Origin: Bacteroidota bacterium
Lineage (GTDB): Bacteria; Bacteroidota; Bacteroidia; Bacteroidales; PUMT01
Direction: 5' to 3'
Assembly (NCBI GenBank): GCA_003551495.1
Contig: PUMT01000231.1
Location: forward strand, 26,685-90,684
DNA: 64,000 nucleotides
Shown here: piece by piece, positions 44,779-55,264 of the stretch
Layout of the letters: the number at the start of each line of letters is the position of its first letter
Position numbering within the stretch: position 1 is the stretch's first letter
Position numbers and translations under genes: made by a program
Notes under the pieces: model-generated
Told to the model about the DNA's origin: nothing
The model's input: the letters and a program-made list of their open reading frames with translations, nothing else
Database searches by the model: none

Positions 44779-46692
44779 TTAAAATTCCCTCAATACTTCA
44801 TGGGCACCTTTGTGTATTTCATACCAGAATTCAAGTGCTGCTTCCTGTTTGTTTTTTTCAAATTTTTCGCACCATTGGTTAAGGGAAGTATTGTTTTCTC
44901 CCTCCTCTTTTTTCTTATTTAAAAAGGTTGATACAAAATCCATATTTCTTTCCGACTCCCAGAACACTGATGCGTTTCTGCTGTGAATTCTGCTTGCTGT
45001 GAGCTTTATGGAACGGAGAAAACTTTTCTTGTTACCAAAAAGCTTGTCTACTATATCCGGAAGTATTTCTTCTGCCCATGCTCTGTGGAAACGGCAGAAC
45101 CCCATATTGTCAATCATCAGTTCCCTTAACATTCGCCTGGCGTTTTCCCTTCCCAGTTCACGGGGTTCAATGAAATCTTTTCCGTAATTCATATAGTATT
45201 TCCCCATTATACTCATGGGAGAAAGTACGCCCGGTGTCCAGTACTGGTTGGGCACCATCCATCCATGTCTTGCAAAGCCGTTGTGAATGAAAATATCCAT
45301 TATTCTCCTGTTGGAGGAGCGAGCCATTTTACGGGCAAATTTTCTGGCCCCTTCCCTAAGGTTTATCTTTCCGTTTTCATTTACAATTTGTTCAAGCAGC
45401 TCAATACCAAGCCGGGCGTTATGCATTGAATCTTTTTCAAGATTGAAATTCTCAGGTGAAAAAACAGGCTTATTGCTTACTCCCAGTTCCTCAGGTTCTA
45501 TAAAATTTTCATGAAGGCACTCCAAGAGCCATGACAGCACCCCGCCAATACTTATAGCATCAAACCCAAGAGTATCAGCCCTGCGGTTAAGCAGTTCTGC
45601 AGCTCTCTGGTCAAATATTCCGCATAGAGGCCCCATTGTTTGGTAAGGCTCAAAATCTTTTTTGAATTCGTTGTTTAATTTTTTGCAAACTGCAACACAG
45701 GGCTCCCCGCAGTTCTTTTGCTGCTTCTTCTTGATCGTTTCTTCATTGAATTGCTTAAGGTAATGGTTAACGATGAATTTTTCGTGAAGTTCCTGACGCT
45801 CTTTATTTGACCAGTAAATTGTACGGTAATTGAATGCTATAATATTGTCTTTTACTGTTGTATAATTTACGCCGAATGTTCCGCCTGTGTTAAATGCAGG
45901 GTCAAACCTGTACTTGGTGGTTGCTTCAATATCTTTTGCAGCCATTTTTTTCTGGTAGTGATCCTGGAACCAGGAATCGGCTACGCTGCGATCACGAAAA
46001 TCTTCATCAACAAAAGTGCCGCCGTAAATAATAGCTGCAATTCCATGGATCTTAAGCATTTTTGTTCCAAAACCGCCCCTGCCCGCCCAGGTGTCGGCAT
46101 GGGTCAGTTTCCCCCTGATTACAGGGACAGAGCCTATGGCACCAAAATCGCTGTACAAGGATGCCGGTCCGGTTGCAATAATCCTCGGGTCTTTTTCATA
46201 TCTGTGAGAGAAAATGGATAAACAGTGTTCCATGAGCCCATAAACACCTTTTTTACCTTCTTCCCATATTTTTGAAAGATCTACGGGGTGAAGCTCAACC
46301 TCAATCTCTTCCCCGTGGGTTCTGTTCAGGTAAAGGATTGATGGTGTTCTTGCCCTGCCAGTTAAAGAGAGCAGGTTAATACCGAGATTATCGAAAACAA
46401 GTCCGGCACCACCCATTGAAGATACGTAAAAACCGTGCCAGCATGGACTGAAACCGGTAAAAAACAGACGGTTAGAGCCAGGGAAGATACTTCCGGCAAG
46501 CAGTCCTGTACCAATGTTAAGGCTGTCATGTTTTTTAGAAAGGTGAGCACCAAGATCGACAGGGCCCCAGAAGTTTCCGAGTTCGTAACGGACTGTCCTG
46601 TAAAAACTGCTGCCTGCATCAACAAGCAAAGCTTTCAGGTGGGATTTGTTCATTTGCATATTTGTCGGGTTTTTACTTAAATGAACCGGCAA
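44779..46692 (-). CDS. Aldehyde:ferredoxin oxidoreductase (AOR) family protein, divergent
   Basis: 637 aa with an AOR N-domain pattern (GRGGFGTKMLKIHGIAAIIYGG), a Cys cluster (NCGEPCVAVCK) and the DNMGFCRF motif (D-x-x-G-x-C-x-F). The start could be the ATG at 46653 (MNKSH). Confidence 0.65.
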   Translation of the reverse strand: MPVHLSKNPTNMQMNKSHLKALLVDAGSSFYRTVRYELGNFWGPVDLGAHLSKKHDSLNIGTGLLAGSIFPGSNRLFFTGFSPCWHGFYVSSMGGAGLVFDNLGINLLSLTGRARTPSILYLNRTHGEEIEVELHPVDLSKIWEEGKKGVYGLMEHCLSIFSHRYEKDPRIIATGPASLYSDFGAIGSVPVIRGKLTHADTWAGRGGFGTKMLKIHGIAAIIYGGTFVDEDFRDRSVADSWFQDHYQKKMAAKDIEATTKYRFDPAFNTGGTFGVNYTTVKDNIIAFNYRTIYWSNKERQELHEKFIVNHYLKQFNEETIKKKQQKNCGEPCVAVCKKLNNEFKKDFEPYQTMGPLCGIFDQRAAELLNRRADTLGFDAISIGGVLSWLLECLHENFIEPEELGVSNKPVFSPENFNLEKDSMHNARLGIELLEQIVNENGKINLREGARKFARKMARSSNRRIMDIFIHNGFARHGWMVPNQYWTPGVLSPMSIMGKYYMNYGKDFIEPRELGRENARRMLRELMIDNMGFCRFHRAWAEEILPDIVDKLFGNKKSFLRSIKLTASRIHSRNASVFWESERNMDFVSTFLNKKKEEGENNTSLNQWCEKFEKNKQEAALEFWYEIHKGAHEVLREF

Positions 46693-46714
46693 AAACGGTT
46701 AAATCCTATTTTCC

Positions 46715-47383
46715 CTATTTTCTGACTAGCACTTCATCTATCATTCCGTACCCTTTTGCTTCTTCAGCAGTCATCCAAAAATCGCGGTCAGCATCTTTTT
46801 CAACCTTTTTAACAGTGTTGCCGGTATGAGAGGATATAATCTCATAAAGCTCATTTTTGAGTTTCTGGATCTCGCGCACGGTGATCTCGATATCTGCAAT
46901 AGGCCCCTGTGCGCCCCCCATTGGCTGGTGTATCATTATCCTTGAATGCTTTAATCCTGAACGCTTACCTTTTGTGCCTGCTGCAAGCAAAATTGCAGAC
47001 ATTGATGCTGCAACACCGGTGCATATCGTTGTGATATCCGAACTGATGTATTGCATGGTGTCGTATATTCCAAGGCCTGCATGAACTGAGCCACCCGGAC
47101 TGTTTATGTAGATCTGGATATCCTTCGATGGATCTGACGATTCAAGGAACAGAAGCTGGGCTTGCACGATATTGGCAACATAATCATCAATCGGCAATCC
47201 CAGGAATATAATCCTGTCCATCATCAGCCTTGAGAAAACATCCATTGTTGCTATATTAAGCTGGCGCTCCTCAATTATTGTCGGAGAGATATAGCTGCTT
47301 ACAATTTTTTTGTAGCTGTCAATCCTGGAACCACTAAGTCCACCGGAAGTTGCATATTTGCGGAATTCATCATTTGAATGCAT
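46715..47383 (-). CDS. clpP: ATP-dependent Clp protease proteolytic subunit
   Basis: 222 aa with a catalytic Ser context (GVAASMSAILLAAG) and His context (IMIHQP). Confidence 0.95.
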   Translation of the reverse strand: MHSNDEFRKYATSGGLSGSRIDSYKKIVSSYISPTIIEERQLNIATMDVFSRLMMDRIIFLGLPIDDYVANIVQAQLLFLESSDPSKDIQIYINSPGGSVHAGLGIYDTMQYISSDITTICTGVAASMSAILLAAGTKGKRSGLKHSRIMIHQPMGGAQGPIADIEITVREIQKLKNELYEIISSHTGNTVKKVEKDADRDFWMTAEEAKGYGMIDEVLVRK

Positions 47384-47489
47384 CTTGTAATAGTGTTTGG
47401 TTAGTCTATGTAAATTTAGAAAAATTATACCTCAATTGCACAAATTGAAAAGGTGAATTTTATTAGTACCGGGGTTTTTAAAAGGTGCG

Positions 47490-48848
47490 TTATTCATCCC
47501 GGAACAATCCGGCAAACTCTTCTTCCTTCAATTTTTTGGGGTTGAGATTTACAGAATTTTTTACAAGTTCAATGATCTTTTCCTGGAATTTTTGTTCGTA
47601 AAGCTTCCTTCTTTCATCTTCTTTTTTAAGCATTTCGGCAGCATAATTATCCAAATGCTCGTCACCAATATCAGTCATGCCATACTGCCTGAACTGCATC
47701 TTTAAATGTTCCTTTGCAAGATCCTCAACCTCCTCTTTCTCTACCTTAAGTCCGAATTTGCCAATAATCTTGTCCTGAATAAGCTGCCATCTCAAACCCT
47801 TTACAAATTCCGGAAATTCCTTTTCAAGTTGTTCCTCAGTAATCTTTTTTTCATTTGATTCAAGCAGCCATCTTTTGAGAAAATCTTCAGGCAGATCAAA
47901 TTTTGTTTTGTTAATCATTTTTTCTCGGAAGTCAACAAGCAACTTATAATCACTTTGGCGGCTGTAATGAAAAGAGATCTCATCTGCTATCCTCTTTCTG
48001 AATTCTTCTTCAGATTTTACTTTGCCTTCTCCAAAAGCCTTGTCAAAGAGCTCCTGATTTATTTCTGCCTTTTCCCACCGTGATACCGAATTTATTTTAA
48101 GCTGGAAATGGAGTTGTATATTCTCAATTTTTTCCTTGTCAGTATTAAGAATCTTTGATAGCTCCGTGTCGTTGGGATAAGCTTTTCTCAGGTCAATTGT
48201 CAAAATATCACCTGTTTTGGAACCTGCAATTTCCTTTTTGATATCTTCATCTTTTATAACTGAAACGGAAAGTGTTGAGTCTTCAGTTTGTATCCCACCT
48301 TCGGCCGGCTCCCCGTTTTCGCTTATCTGTGTAAGAGATGCGGTAATGATGTCATTATCGCCCACTTCCTGAACTTCAACGGATTCACCGAAACGATTTG
48401 CATAGCTATCCGCATACTTGTCGAGCATTTCATCATCCACATCAATCTCATAATATGGCAATTTGTCTCTCTTTGAAATGTTTACTTCAAAATCGGGGGC
48501 AATTGCAATATCAAAAACAAATTCAAAATCTTCCTGGTTGTCAAAATCGGGTGTTTCCTGCAACTCTTTATTTGGAAGTGGCTCTCCCAGAATATTGAGT
48601 TCCTCATCCTTAATATAGCGGGTAAGAGACTCCGATACAATCCTGTTGATCTCTTCCAGCAAGAGTGGCTTCCGGTACAAACGCCTTATCAACCCCATAG
48701 GTGCCATTCCCGGTCTGAAACCGTCAAATCTTGCGTTCTTTTTGTATTCTTTCAGTTTTTCATTGACCTGCTGTTCATAATCCTCTTTTTTTACTTCAAC
48801 CTTTATTATGGCATTGAGGTCATCTTTTGTCTCCCTGGTTATGTTCAT
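47490..48848 (-). CDS. tig: Trigger factor
   Basis: 452 aa with an N-terminal ribosome-binding motif (GFRPGMAP) and a highly acidic, Lys-rich body. It lies upstream of clpP. Confidence 0.9.
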   Translation of the reverse strand: MNITRETKDDLNAIIKVEVKKEDYEQQVNEKLKEYKKNARFDGFRPGMAPMGLIRRLYRKPLLLEEINRIVSESLTRYIKDEELNILGEPLPNKELQETPDFDNQEDFEFVFDIAIAPDFEVNISKRDKLPYYEIDVDDEMLDKYADSYANRFGESVEVQEVGDNDIITASLTQISENGEPAEGGIQTEDSTLSVSVIKDEDIKKEIAGSKTGDILTIDLRKAYPNDTELSKILNTDKEKIENIQLHFQLKINSVSRWEKAEINQELFDKAFGEGKVKSEEEFRKRIADEISFHYSRQSDYKLLVDFREKMINKTKFDLPEDFLKRWLLESNEKKITEEQLEKEFPEFVKGLRWQLIQDKIIGKFGLKVEKEEVEDLAKEHLKMQFRQYGMTDIGDEHLDNYAAEMLKKEDERRKLYEQKFQEKIIELVKNSVNLNPKKLKEEEFAGLFRDE

Positions 48849-48948
48849 AGGTATTTTTTATGGGTTTTTCAGTTGCGGTTAAAAAAATACTTTCTTTTTC
48901 AAAAGCCTGGGTTAAATATCACCGGTAAAAACTAATGTTTAAAAATTT

Positions 48949-48994
48949 AAAACCGCAAAACTGCCGGTTGCCTGTCCGAAAGTTCAGCGGTTTT
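48949..48994 (-). terminator. Hairpin terminator downstream of tRNA-Leu
   Basis: The stem is AAAACCGC / GCGGTTTT. On the - strand it is followed by a T-rich tract. Confidence 0.5.
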
Positions 48995-49005
48995 GTAATT
49001 TAGTG

Positions 49006-49087
49006 TGCGGATGGAGGGACTCGAACCCCCACGCCGTGAGGCACCAGATCCTAAGTCTGGCGCGGCTACCAATTACGCCACATCCGC
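49006..49087 (-). tRNA. tRNA-Leu (anticodon UAG)
   Basis: The reverse complement reads GCGGATG...CCAGACTTAGGATCTGG...GGGGGTTCGAGTCCCTCCATCCGCA. It has a 7-bp acceptor stem, an anticodon loop CTTAGGA, a long variable arm and a T-loop GGTTCGAGTCC. CCA is not encoded. Confidence 0.9.
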
Positions 49088-49173
49088 CCGGAAAATTCTG
49101 CGCAAAGATATTAAAATTTTCAACAAACCAGTCCACTTCGCTGAAAAAATATAAAAGCATTTTAATCAGATCC

Positions 49174-49920
49174 TTAACGTCTCAGTTCGAAGCTTTGTCC
49201 CAGGTAAAGTTTTCTTACCTGCTCGTCCTGTGCCAGCTCTTCAGCATTTCCGTATTTCAGGATTTTCCCCTCAAAAAGCAGATAGGCACGGTCGGTTATT
49301 GAAAGGGTTTCATGTACGTTATGGTCTGTTATGATAATCCCGATATTCTTCTTCTTTAGTGTCAAAACAATTTGCTGGATATCTTCCACGGCTATTGGAT
49401 CTACTCCGGCAAAGGGCTCGTCAAGCAAAATAAACTTAGGTTTAAGCGCAAGGGAGCGTGCAATTTCTGTCCTCCTTCTTTCACCACCCGAAAGCTGTAT
49501 CCCCTTGCTTTTCCTTATTTGCTGCAGTCCGAATTCATCAAGCAAAATCTCCAGCCTTTCTTTTTGTTCACTTTTGGACATATCAGACATTTCCAGTATT
49601 GCCCTTATATTGTCTTCTACACTTAACTGTCTGAAAATGGATGGCTCCTGCGGTAGGTATCCAATCCCCTTCTGGGCTCTTTTGTAAACCGGCTCATGTG
49701 TTATATCCACATTGTTAAGAAATATTTTGCCCTCGTTTGGTCTTATTAGTCCTACAATCATGTAAAAAGATGTGGTTTTCCCGGCACCATTCGGACCCAG
49801 CAGTCCGGCAATCTCTCCTTCCTCCACCCTGAAAGAAACATTATTTACAACTGTGCGTTTGCGGTATTTCTTGACCAGGTTTTCAGTCCTCAGGATCATT
49901 TTATTTTCTGTATTATGCAT
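49174..49920 (-). CDS. lptB: LPS export ABC transporter ATP-binding protein
   Basis: 248 aa with Walker A (GPNGAGKTT), the signature LSGGERRR and Walker B (ILLDEP). Its context next to tatC and kdsD supports the call. Confidence 0.85.
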   Translation of the reverse strand: MHNTENKMILRTENLVKKYRKRTVVNNVSFRVEEGEIAGLLGPNGAGKTTSFYMIVGLIRPNEGKIFLNNVDITHEPVYKRAQKGIGYLPQEPSIFRQLSVEDNIRAILEMSDMSKSEQKERLEILLDEFGLQQIRKSKGIQLSGGERRRTEIARSLALKPKFILLDEPFAGVDPIAVEDIQQIVLTLKKKNIGIIITDHNVHETLSITDRAYLLFEGKILKYGNAEELAQDEQVRKLYLGQSFELRR

Positions 49921-49989
49921 GATAGATATTTAAGTGTTTAAGCGGGTTGAAAATATGCATTTTATATCCTGCTGCCAATCGGAAAAGAA

Positions 49990-50817
49990 TTATTCAACAT
50001 CACTTTTTGATATTACTGTATTCTGTTCAGCCACAATTTTGCGGGATATTCTTATACCAATTTCATAAAGGAACATTAAGGGAAATGCAACCAGTATCTG
50101 GCTGAACACATCTGGCGGGGTAATTATTGCAGAAAGTGCCAGTACAAGTACAAGTGCATGGCGGCGGTATTTTTTGAGAAATTCGGGTGTTACCAGTCCC
50201 AACTTTGATAGCACAAAAATGAGGATAGGTAACTCAAAAATCAGTCCTGCAGCAAGAGCGATGGAGCTTACAGTAGTAATGTAAGAGATAAGGTTAATCT
50301 GGTTGATCACTTCATGGCTTACCGAATATGAACCAAGGAAATGCACAGACAGTGGTATTATTACAAAATATGCAAAAACTATTCCCATAAGAAACAGGAT
50401 CGACACGTAAAACACCCCCCCACGGGCATATTTTTTCTCCTTATCATAGAGTGCAGGACTGATAAACCTCCACATTTCAAAGACCAGGTAAGGAAAAGCC
50501 AGGATGATGCCAACAAAAAAGGATACCATTATGTGAGTGGTGAACTGTCCCGCCATATTAATATTAATTAACTGAAACGGCTCAGAGTTTATGCAGAGCG
50601 CCTTTATCCCGAGCAGATTGCCAAGACTGCACAATGTACGGTTTGTTATAAAATCGGGTGTTTTAGGAGCAATAAGGATCTGGCTGAAAATAAAGTCTTT
50701 GAAAATAAATGCTCCAATTGCAATTAATGCAACGGCAAGTATTGAGCGTACCAGATGCCAGCGCAGTGCTTCAAGATGCTCCAGAAAAGTCATTTCCTGT
50801 TGTTCCGTTGCCGACAT
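49990..50817 (-). CDS. tatC: Twin-arginine translocase subunit TatC
   Basis: 275 aa with six TM segments and the N-terminal motif MTFLEHLEALRW. Confidence 0.9.
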   Translation of the reverse strand: MSATEQQEMTFLEHLEALRWHLVRSILAVALIAIGAFIFKDFIFSQILIAPKTPDFITNRTLCSLGNLLGIKALCINSEPFQLININMAGQFTTHIMVSFFVGIILAFPYLVFEMWRFISPALYDKEKKYARGGVFYVSILFLMGIVFAYFVIIPLSVHFLGSYSVSHEVINQINLISYITTVSSIALAAGLIFELPILIFVLSKLGLVTPEFLKKYRRHALVLVLALSAIITPPDVFSQILVAFPLMFLYEIGIRISRKIVAEQNTVISKSDVE

Positions 50818-50835
50818 AAATTTATGATTATCCTG

Positions 50836-51804
50836 TTATACAATTCCTTCCTTCAAAATATCATGAATATGGATTATTCCGATATATCTGCAGTTTTTTA
50901 AAACGAGAAGCTGTGTAATATTGTTTTGTTTCATCCTTTCAAAAGCATCAACTGCGAGGGCATTATAATCTATAGTTTTTGGATTTGGTGACATTATTTG
51001 GCGGGCTGTAAGGTTTTCAAGAGACACATGTTTTTCAATCATGCGGCGTAAATCCCCGTCTGTGATAATACCTGTAAGCTCTCCTTTCTCATCGAGCACT
51101 GCAGTGGCGCCAAGTCGCTTTGACGATATTTCAAGAATAACCTTCTTTATAGTGTCATCCATGCGGACTTTAGGCAGTTTCCCTTCAAGATAAAAATCAC
51201 CCACCCTCATATAGAGTTTTTTCCCCAATTGTCCCCCGGGGTGGAATTTTGCAAAATCTTTTTCGGAAAATCCCCTGCATTCAAGAAGGCATACTGCCAG
51301 GGCATCGCCTATTACCATTTGAGCTGTTGTGCTTGATGTTGGCGCAAGGTTGTTCGGACAGGCTTCTTTTTCTACGTGTGCTTTTAAAACAAGATCGGCT
51401 TTTTGTGCAAGGTAGGAACCGGTTTCCGATACCATGCCGATTATGGTGTTGCCCATATTTTTGATTAGAGGCACAAGTACTTTAATTTCTGGAGTATTCC
51501 CGCTTTTGGAAATGCAAATAAGTATGTCCTCGCTCCTGATTATCCCAAGATCCCCGTGTATTGCATCTGCTGCATGCATGAAAATAGCAGGGGTTCCGGT
51601 AGAATTGAGCGTTGCTGTAATCTTGCCGGCTATTATGGCACTTTTACCAATACCGGTAACAATCACTCTTCCCTTGCTTTTGTAGATTATTTGTACAGCT
51701 TTTGCAAAATCATGGTCAATCTGTGAGGATAGATTACTTATAGCTTGTGATTCTGTAAAAATTGTTCTTTTGGCTATACTGAGAATCTCTTCTGATGTTT
51801 TCAT
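50836..51804 (-). CDS. kdsD: KpsF/GutQ family arabinose-5-phosphate isomerase
   Basis: 322 aa with a SIS domain (VIVTGIGKS, ISKSGNT) and tandem CBS domains. Confidence 0.85.
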   Translation of the reverse strand: MKTSEEILSIAKRTIFTESQAISNLSSQIDHDFAKAVQIIYKSKGRVIVTGIGKSAIIAGKITATLNSTGTPAIFMHAADAIHGDLGIIRSEDILICISKSGNTPEIKVLVPLIKNMGNTIIGMVSETGSYLAQKADLVLKAHVEKEACPNNLAPTSSTTAQMVIGDALAVCLLECRGFSEKDFAKFHPGGQLGKKLYMRVGDFYLEGKLPKVRMDDTIKKVILEISSKRLGATAVLDEKGELTGIITDGDLRRMIEKHVSLENLTARQIMSPNPKTIDYNALAVDAFERMKQNNITQLLVLKNCRYIGIIHIHDILKEGIV

Positions 51805-52080
51805 TTTTGCCCGGTTTCATTCTATTAGTCAGCCCGGGAACACCCGGGGCAGTTCTGATTTTTTAAAAAACAAAAATATACAATAAAAAAAACAAAAATA
51901 TCAGTCTTTAAATTTGGTTTTTTCAATTATTATATTTATATATGTGCCTTTCTAATTTTATTTTAATGTGCAAATTTTATATATTTACTTTTAATTATCC
52001 CGCATTGGTGTAAAAAAAAAAACAAATTCAATTATTTGCACATTTTTTGCTGACGGAAGCGAAATTAATGGAAATGTAAA

Positions 52081-54279
52081 ATGATTAAAGTAGAGACAAA
52101 AACTTCTTTGTCTGACTACCTTAAGAATTATTTTGGTTTTACCAAGTTCAAAGGTAACCAGGAAGAGGTAATTAAAAATGTATTGTCAGGCAATCACACT
52201 TTCGTGCTGATGCCTACCGGAGGAGGCAAATCACTTTGCTACCAGCTGCCTGCAATCATAATGGAAGGAACAGCCATTATAATTTCACCCCTTATTGCCC
52301 TTATGAAAAATCAGGTTGATGCAATAAGAGCTTTCAGTTCGGAAGACGGGGTGGCTCATTTTCTTAACTCATCATTAACAAAGGTAGCCATACAAAAGGT
52401 TAAGGAAGACGTATTGGGCGGAAAGACAAAAATGCTTTATGTGGCACCGGAATCCCTCACCAAACAAGATAATATTGAATTCCTGAGACATATAAATGTA
52501 TCTTTTTATGCTATTGATGAGGCTCACTGTATCTCGGAGTGGGGACACGACTTCAGGCCGGAATACCGCCGTATCAGGGCAATTATTAATGAAATAGGTG
52601 AGGCACCTGTAATAGCCCTTACAGCAACCGCAACTCCGAAAGTGCAGCACGACATACAGAAAAACCTCGGCATGCTTGATGCCGATGTTTTCAAATCATC
52701 ATTTAACAGGCCAAACCTCTATTATGAGGTCAGGCCAAAAGCAAATTCCGTTAAAGAGATTATAAAGTTTATCAAGAACAACCAGGGTAAATCAGGGATA
52801 GTTTATTGCCTGAGCCGTAAGAAAGTTGAGGAAATGGCAGAAACCCTCTTGATTAATGGTATTAAAGCATTACCCTATCATGCCGGGATGGATTCGGCAA
52901 CACGTTCAGCAAATCAGGATAAATTCCTTATGGAAGATGTAGATGTGATAGTTGCAACTATTGCTTTTGGTATGGGAATTGACAAACCTGATGTTCGTTT
53001 TGTAATACATTACGATATTCCGAAAAGTCTTGAAGGTTACTATCAGGAGACAGGACGTGCCGGAAGGGACGGCGGAGAAGGCAGATGCATTACTTTTTAC
53101 AGTTATAAGGATATACAGAAGCTGGAAAAGTTCATGCAGAATAAACATGTTGCAGAACAGGAAATAGGAAGGCAGCTTCTCCTTGAAACAGTTTCATATG
53201 CCGAGTCGTCCGTTTGCCGCAGAAAACAACTGCTGCATTACTTTGGGGAGGAGTATGGTGAAGATAATTGTGAGAATTGCGATAATTGCCTCCATCCGAA
53301 AGTTCAATTCGAAGGGAAAGATTATCTTACTTTGGTACTCAATACTGTTGTGGCTGTAAATGAGAAGTTCAAAGCTGACCATATAGCAGCTGTTATAGCA
53401 GGGAACTCCACGAGGTCTGTTCAAACATACAAACATGATGAGCTCCCGCTGTTTGGTGAAGGAGGAGAGAACGATGAGAAGTTCTGGAATGCTGTTATCC
53501 GCCAGGCTATGATTTCCAAATTACTGGTAAAGGAAATTGAAAATTACGGATTGTTAAAAGTTACAGAGGAAGGATATAAATTTCTGGACAACCCTTATTC
53601 CATAACATTGACAAAAGATCATGATTATGATGAATCGGAATCTGATGATCTTGAAGGAAACAATGGTTCGAGAACCAGTACTGTTGATCTGGAACTACTG
53701 GAGGTACTTAAAGATCTGAGAAAAAAGATATCGAAAAGAAAAAACCTTCCCCCGTTTGTTATATTTCAGGATTCGTCACTTGAGGATATGGCCCTGCAAT
53801 ATCCTGTTAACCTGGAAGAAATGCAAAATATAACAGGTGTTGGTGCAGGCAAGGCGAAAAAATACGGTAAGGATTTTGCAGAAGTAATCTCCGCATATGT
53901 TGAGGAGAAGGAAATAGAGCGTCCGCAGGATATGATAGTAAAATCGGTGGTAAACAAGTCCGGTTTGAAAGTGTCAATTATTCAGGCGATTGACAGGAAA
54001 ATGATGCTGGAGGATATAGCAGCTGCCAAAAATCTTGAAATTGGCGAATTACTTTCTGAAATAGAGGCCATAGTAAATTCCGGAACCAAAGTTAATCTGA
54101 ATTATTATATTGATAATGTAATAGATGAAGAGCGTCAGCAGGAAGTTTTTGAATATTTCCGGGATGAGGCTGAATCGGAATCCGTTGAGGAAGCTCTAAA
54201 TGAGCTTGGGGAAGATGATTATTCTGAAGAGGATATCAGACTGATGCGGATTAAATTTATTTCTGAATTCGGTAACTGA
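52081..54279 (+). CDS. recQ: ATP-dependent DNA helicase RecQ
   Basis: 732 aa with helicase motifs (MPTGGGKSLCYQLP, DEAHCISEWGHDFRPEY), an RQC zinc cluster (CRRKQLLHYFGE...CENCDNC) and an HRDC region. Confidence 0.95.
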   Translation: MIKVETKTSLSDYLKNYFGFTKFKGNQEEVIKNVLSGNHTFVLMPTGGGKSLCYQLPAIIMEGTAIIISPLIALMKNQVDAIRAFSSEDGVAHFLNSSLTKVAIQKVKEDVLGGKTKMLYVAPESLTKQDNIEFLRHINVSFYAIDEAHCISEWGHDFRPEYRRIRAIINEIGEAPVIALTATATPKVQHDIQKNLGMLDADVFKSSFNRPNLYYEVRPKANSVKEIIKFIKNNQGKSGIVYCLSRKKVEEMAETLLINGIKALPYHAGMDSATRSANQDKFLMEDVDVIVATIAFGMGIDKPDVRFVIHYDIPKSLEGYYQETGRAGRDGGEGRCITFYSYKDIQKLEKFMQNKHVAEQEIGRQLLLETVSYAESSVCRRKQLLHYFGEEYGEDNCENCDNCLHPKVQFEGKDYLTLVLNTVVAVNEKFKADHIAAVIAGNSTRSVQTYKHDELPLFGEGGENDEKFWNAVIRQAMISKLLVKEIENYGLLKVTEEGYKFLDNPYSITLTKDHDYDESESDDLEGNNGSRTSTVDLELLEVLKDLRKKISKRKNLPPFVIFQDSSLEDMALQYPVNLEEMQNITGVGAGKAKKYGKDFAEVISAYVEEKEIERPQDMIVKSVVNKSGLKVSIIQAIDRKMMLEDIAAAKNLEIGELLSEIEAIVNSGTKVNLNYYIDNVIDEERQQEVFEYFRDEAESESVEEALNELGEDDYSEEDIRLMRIKFISEFGN

Positions 54280-54342
54280 TTATCTGCACCTTTTTGTAAC
54301 TTTATCAGATGACAGTCGTCTTCATCTTAAAGGTTATTAATT

Positions 54343-55254
54343 GTGGGTGCAATTCTCGAAGTTAACGCCATAAAAAAGTATTTTGGAAGAATATGTGCAG
54401 TAGATGGCCTCTCCTTCAGGGTTAACAGGGGCGAGGTTTATGGTATTCTGGGCCCGAACGGAAGCGGAAAAACTACCACCCTTGCAATAGTAATGGGCCT
54501 GATCAATTCGCAGGATGGTAAATATTCATGGTTCGGGGGGAGAATACCTCCTGCGGAAGCAAGGAAAAAAAAGATTGGAGCCCTGATTGAAGTCCCCTAT
54601 TTTTACCCATATCTAAATCTTGAAGACAACCTGAAAATTATCGCCAAAATCAAGAATATCCTTCCTGGAGGGATAGACCGTGTGCTAAAATCTGTAAACC
54701 TGCATCACAGAAAAAATACCGGGTTCAAGACACTTTCTCTTGGCATGAAGCAAAGAATGGCTATTGCGTCAGTATTGCTGGGAGATCCTGAGGTACTCGT
54801 GCTTGACGAACCTGCAAACGGGATGGATCCACAGGGAATAGCTGAAATCAGGGAGATCATAATCAACGAAAGAGAAAAAGGGAAAACAATTATAATGGCC
54901 AGTCACATACTGGCAGAAGTTGAGAAAGTTTGCACCCATGTAGCAGTACTCAAAGACGGGAAATTACTCGCTGAATGTCCCGTGACTGAACTGCCTGGAA
55001 AAGAAACAAAAGTTCTGCTTGCTTCGGAAGACAATAATAAACTTTATCAGGTACTTATTTCATCTGCAATTGCCAAAAATGTCACACCGGGCGAAGAATT
55101 TGTTACAGCTATCCTGAAGGAAGGAATTACAACTGCAAAGGTTAACCGTTACCTGATGCAGCAGGGGATTGTCCTTTCCAGGCTCGAAGAAAAGAAAATC
55201 AGTCTGGAATCACATTTCCTTGAACTTGTTAAATCTCCCGGAACCTCTAACTAA
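54343..55254 (+). CDS. ABC transporter ATP-binding protein
   Basis: 303 aa with Walker A (GPNGSGKTT), the signature LSLGMKQR and Walker B (LVLDEP). The start codon appears to be GTG. Confidence 0.85.
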   Translation: MGAILEVNAIKKYFGRICAVDGLSFRVNRGEVYGILGPNGSGKTTTLAIVMGLINSQDGKYSWFGGRIPPAEARKKKIGALIEVPYFYPYLNLEDNLKIIAKIKNILPGGIDRVLKSVNLHHRKNTGFKTLSLGMKQRMAIASVLLGDPEVLVLDEPANGMDPQGIAEIREIIINEREKGKTIIMASHILAEVEKVCTHVAVLKDGKLLAECPVTELPGKETKVLLASEDNNKLYQVLISSAIAKNVTPGEEFVTAILKEGITTAKVNRYLMQQGIVLSRLEEKKISLESHFLELVKSPGTSN

Positions 55255-55264
55255 TAATAAAGAG

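Noticed and set aside
49003-49302. A 99-aa + strand ORF starting MCGWRDSNPHAVRHQILSLARLPITPHP.
   Set aside because: This is the characteristic spurious translation of the reverse complement of a tRNA (here tRNA-Leu at 49006-49087) running into the antisense of lptB.
51833-51848. A GC-only hairpin CCCGGG-AACA-CCCGGG 28 nt upstream of the kdsD start, and the A11 tract upstream of recQ (about 52011-52022).
   Set aside because: These are short and isolated with no repeat elsewhere in the window. They could be a 5' UTR structure or promoter spacer, but nothing distinguishes them from chance.
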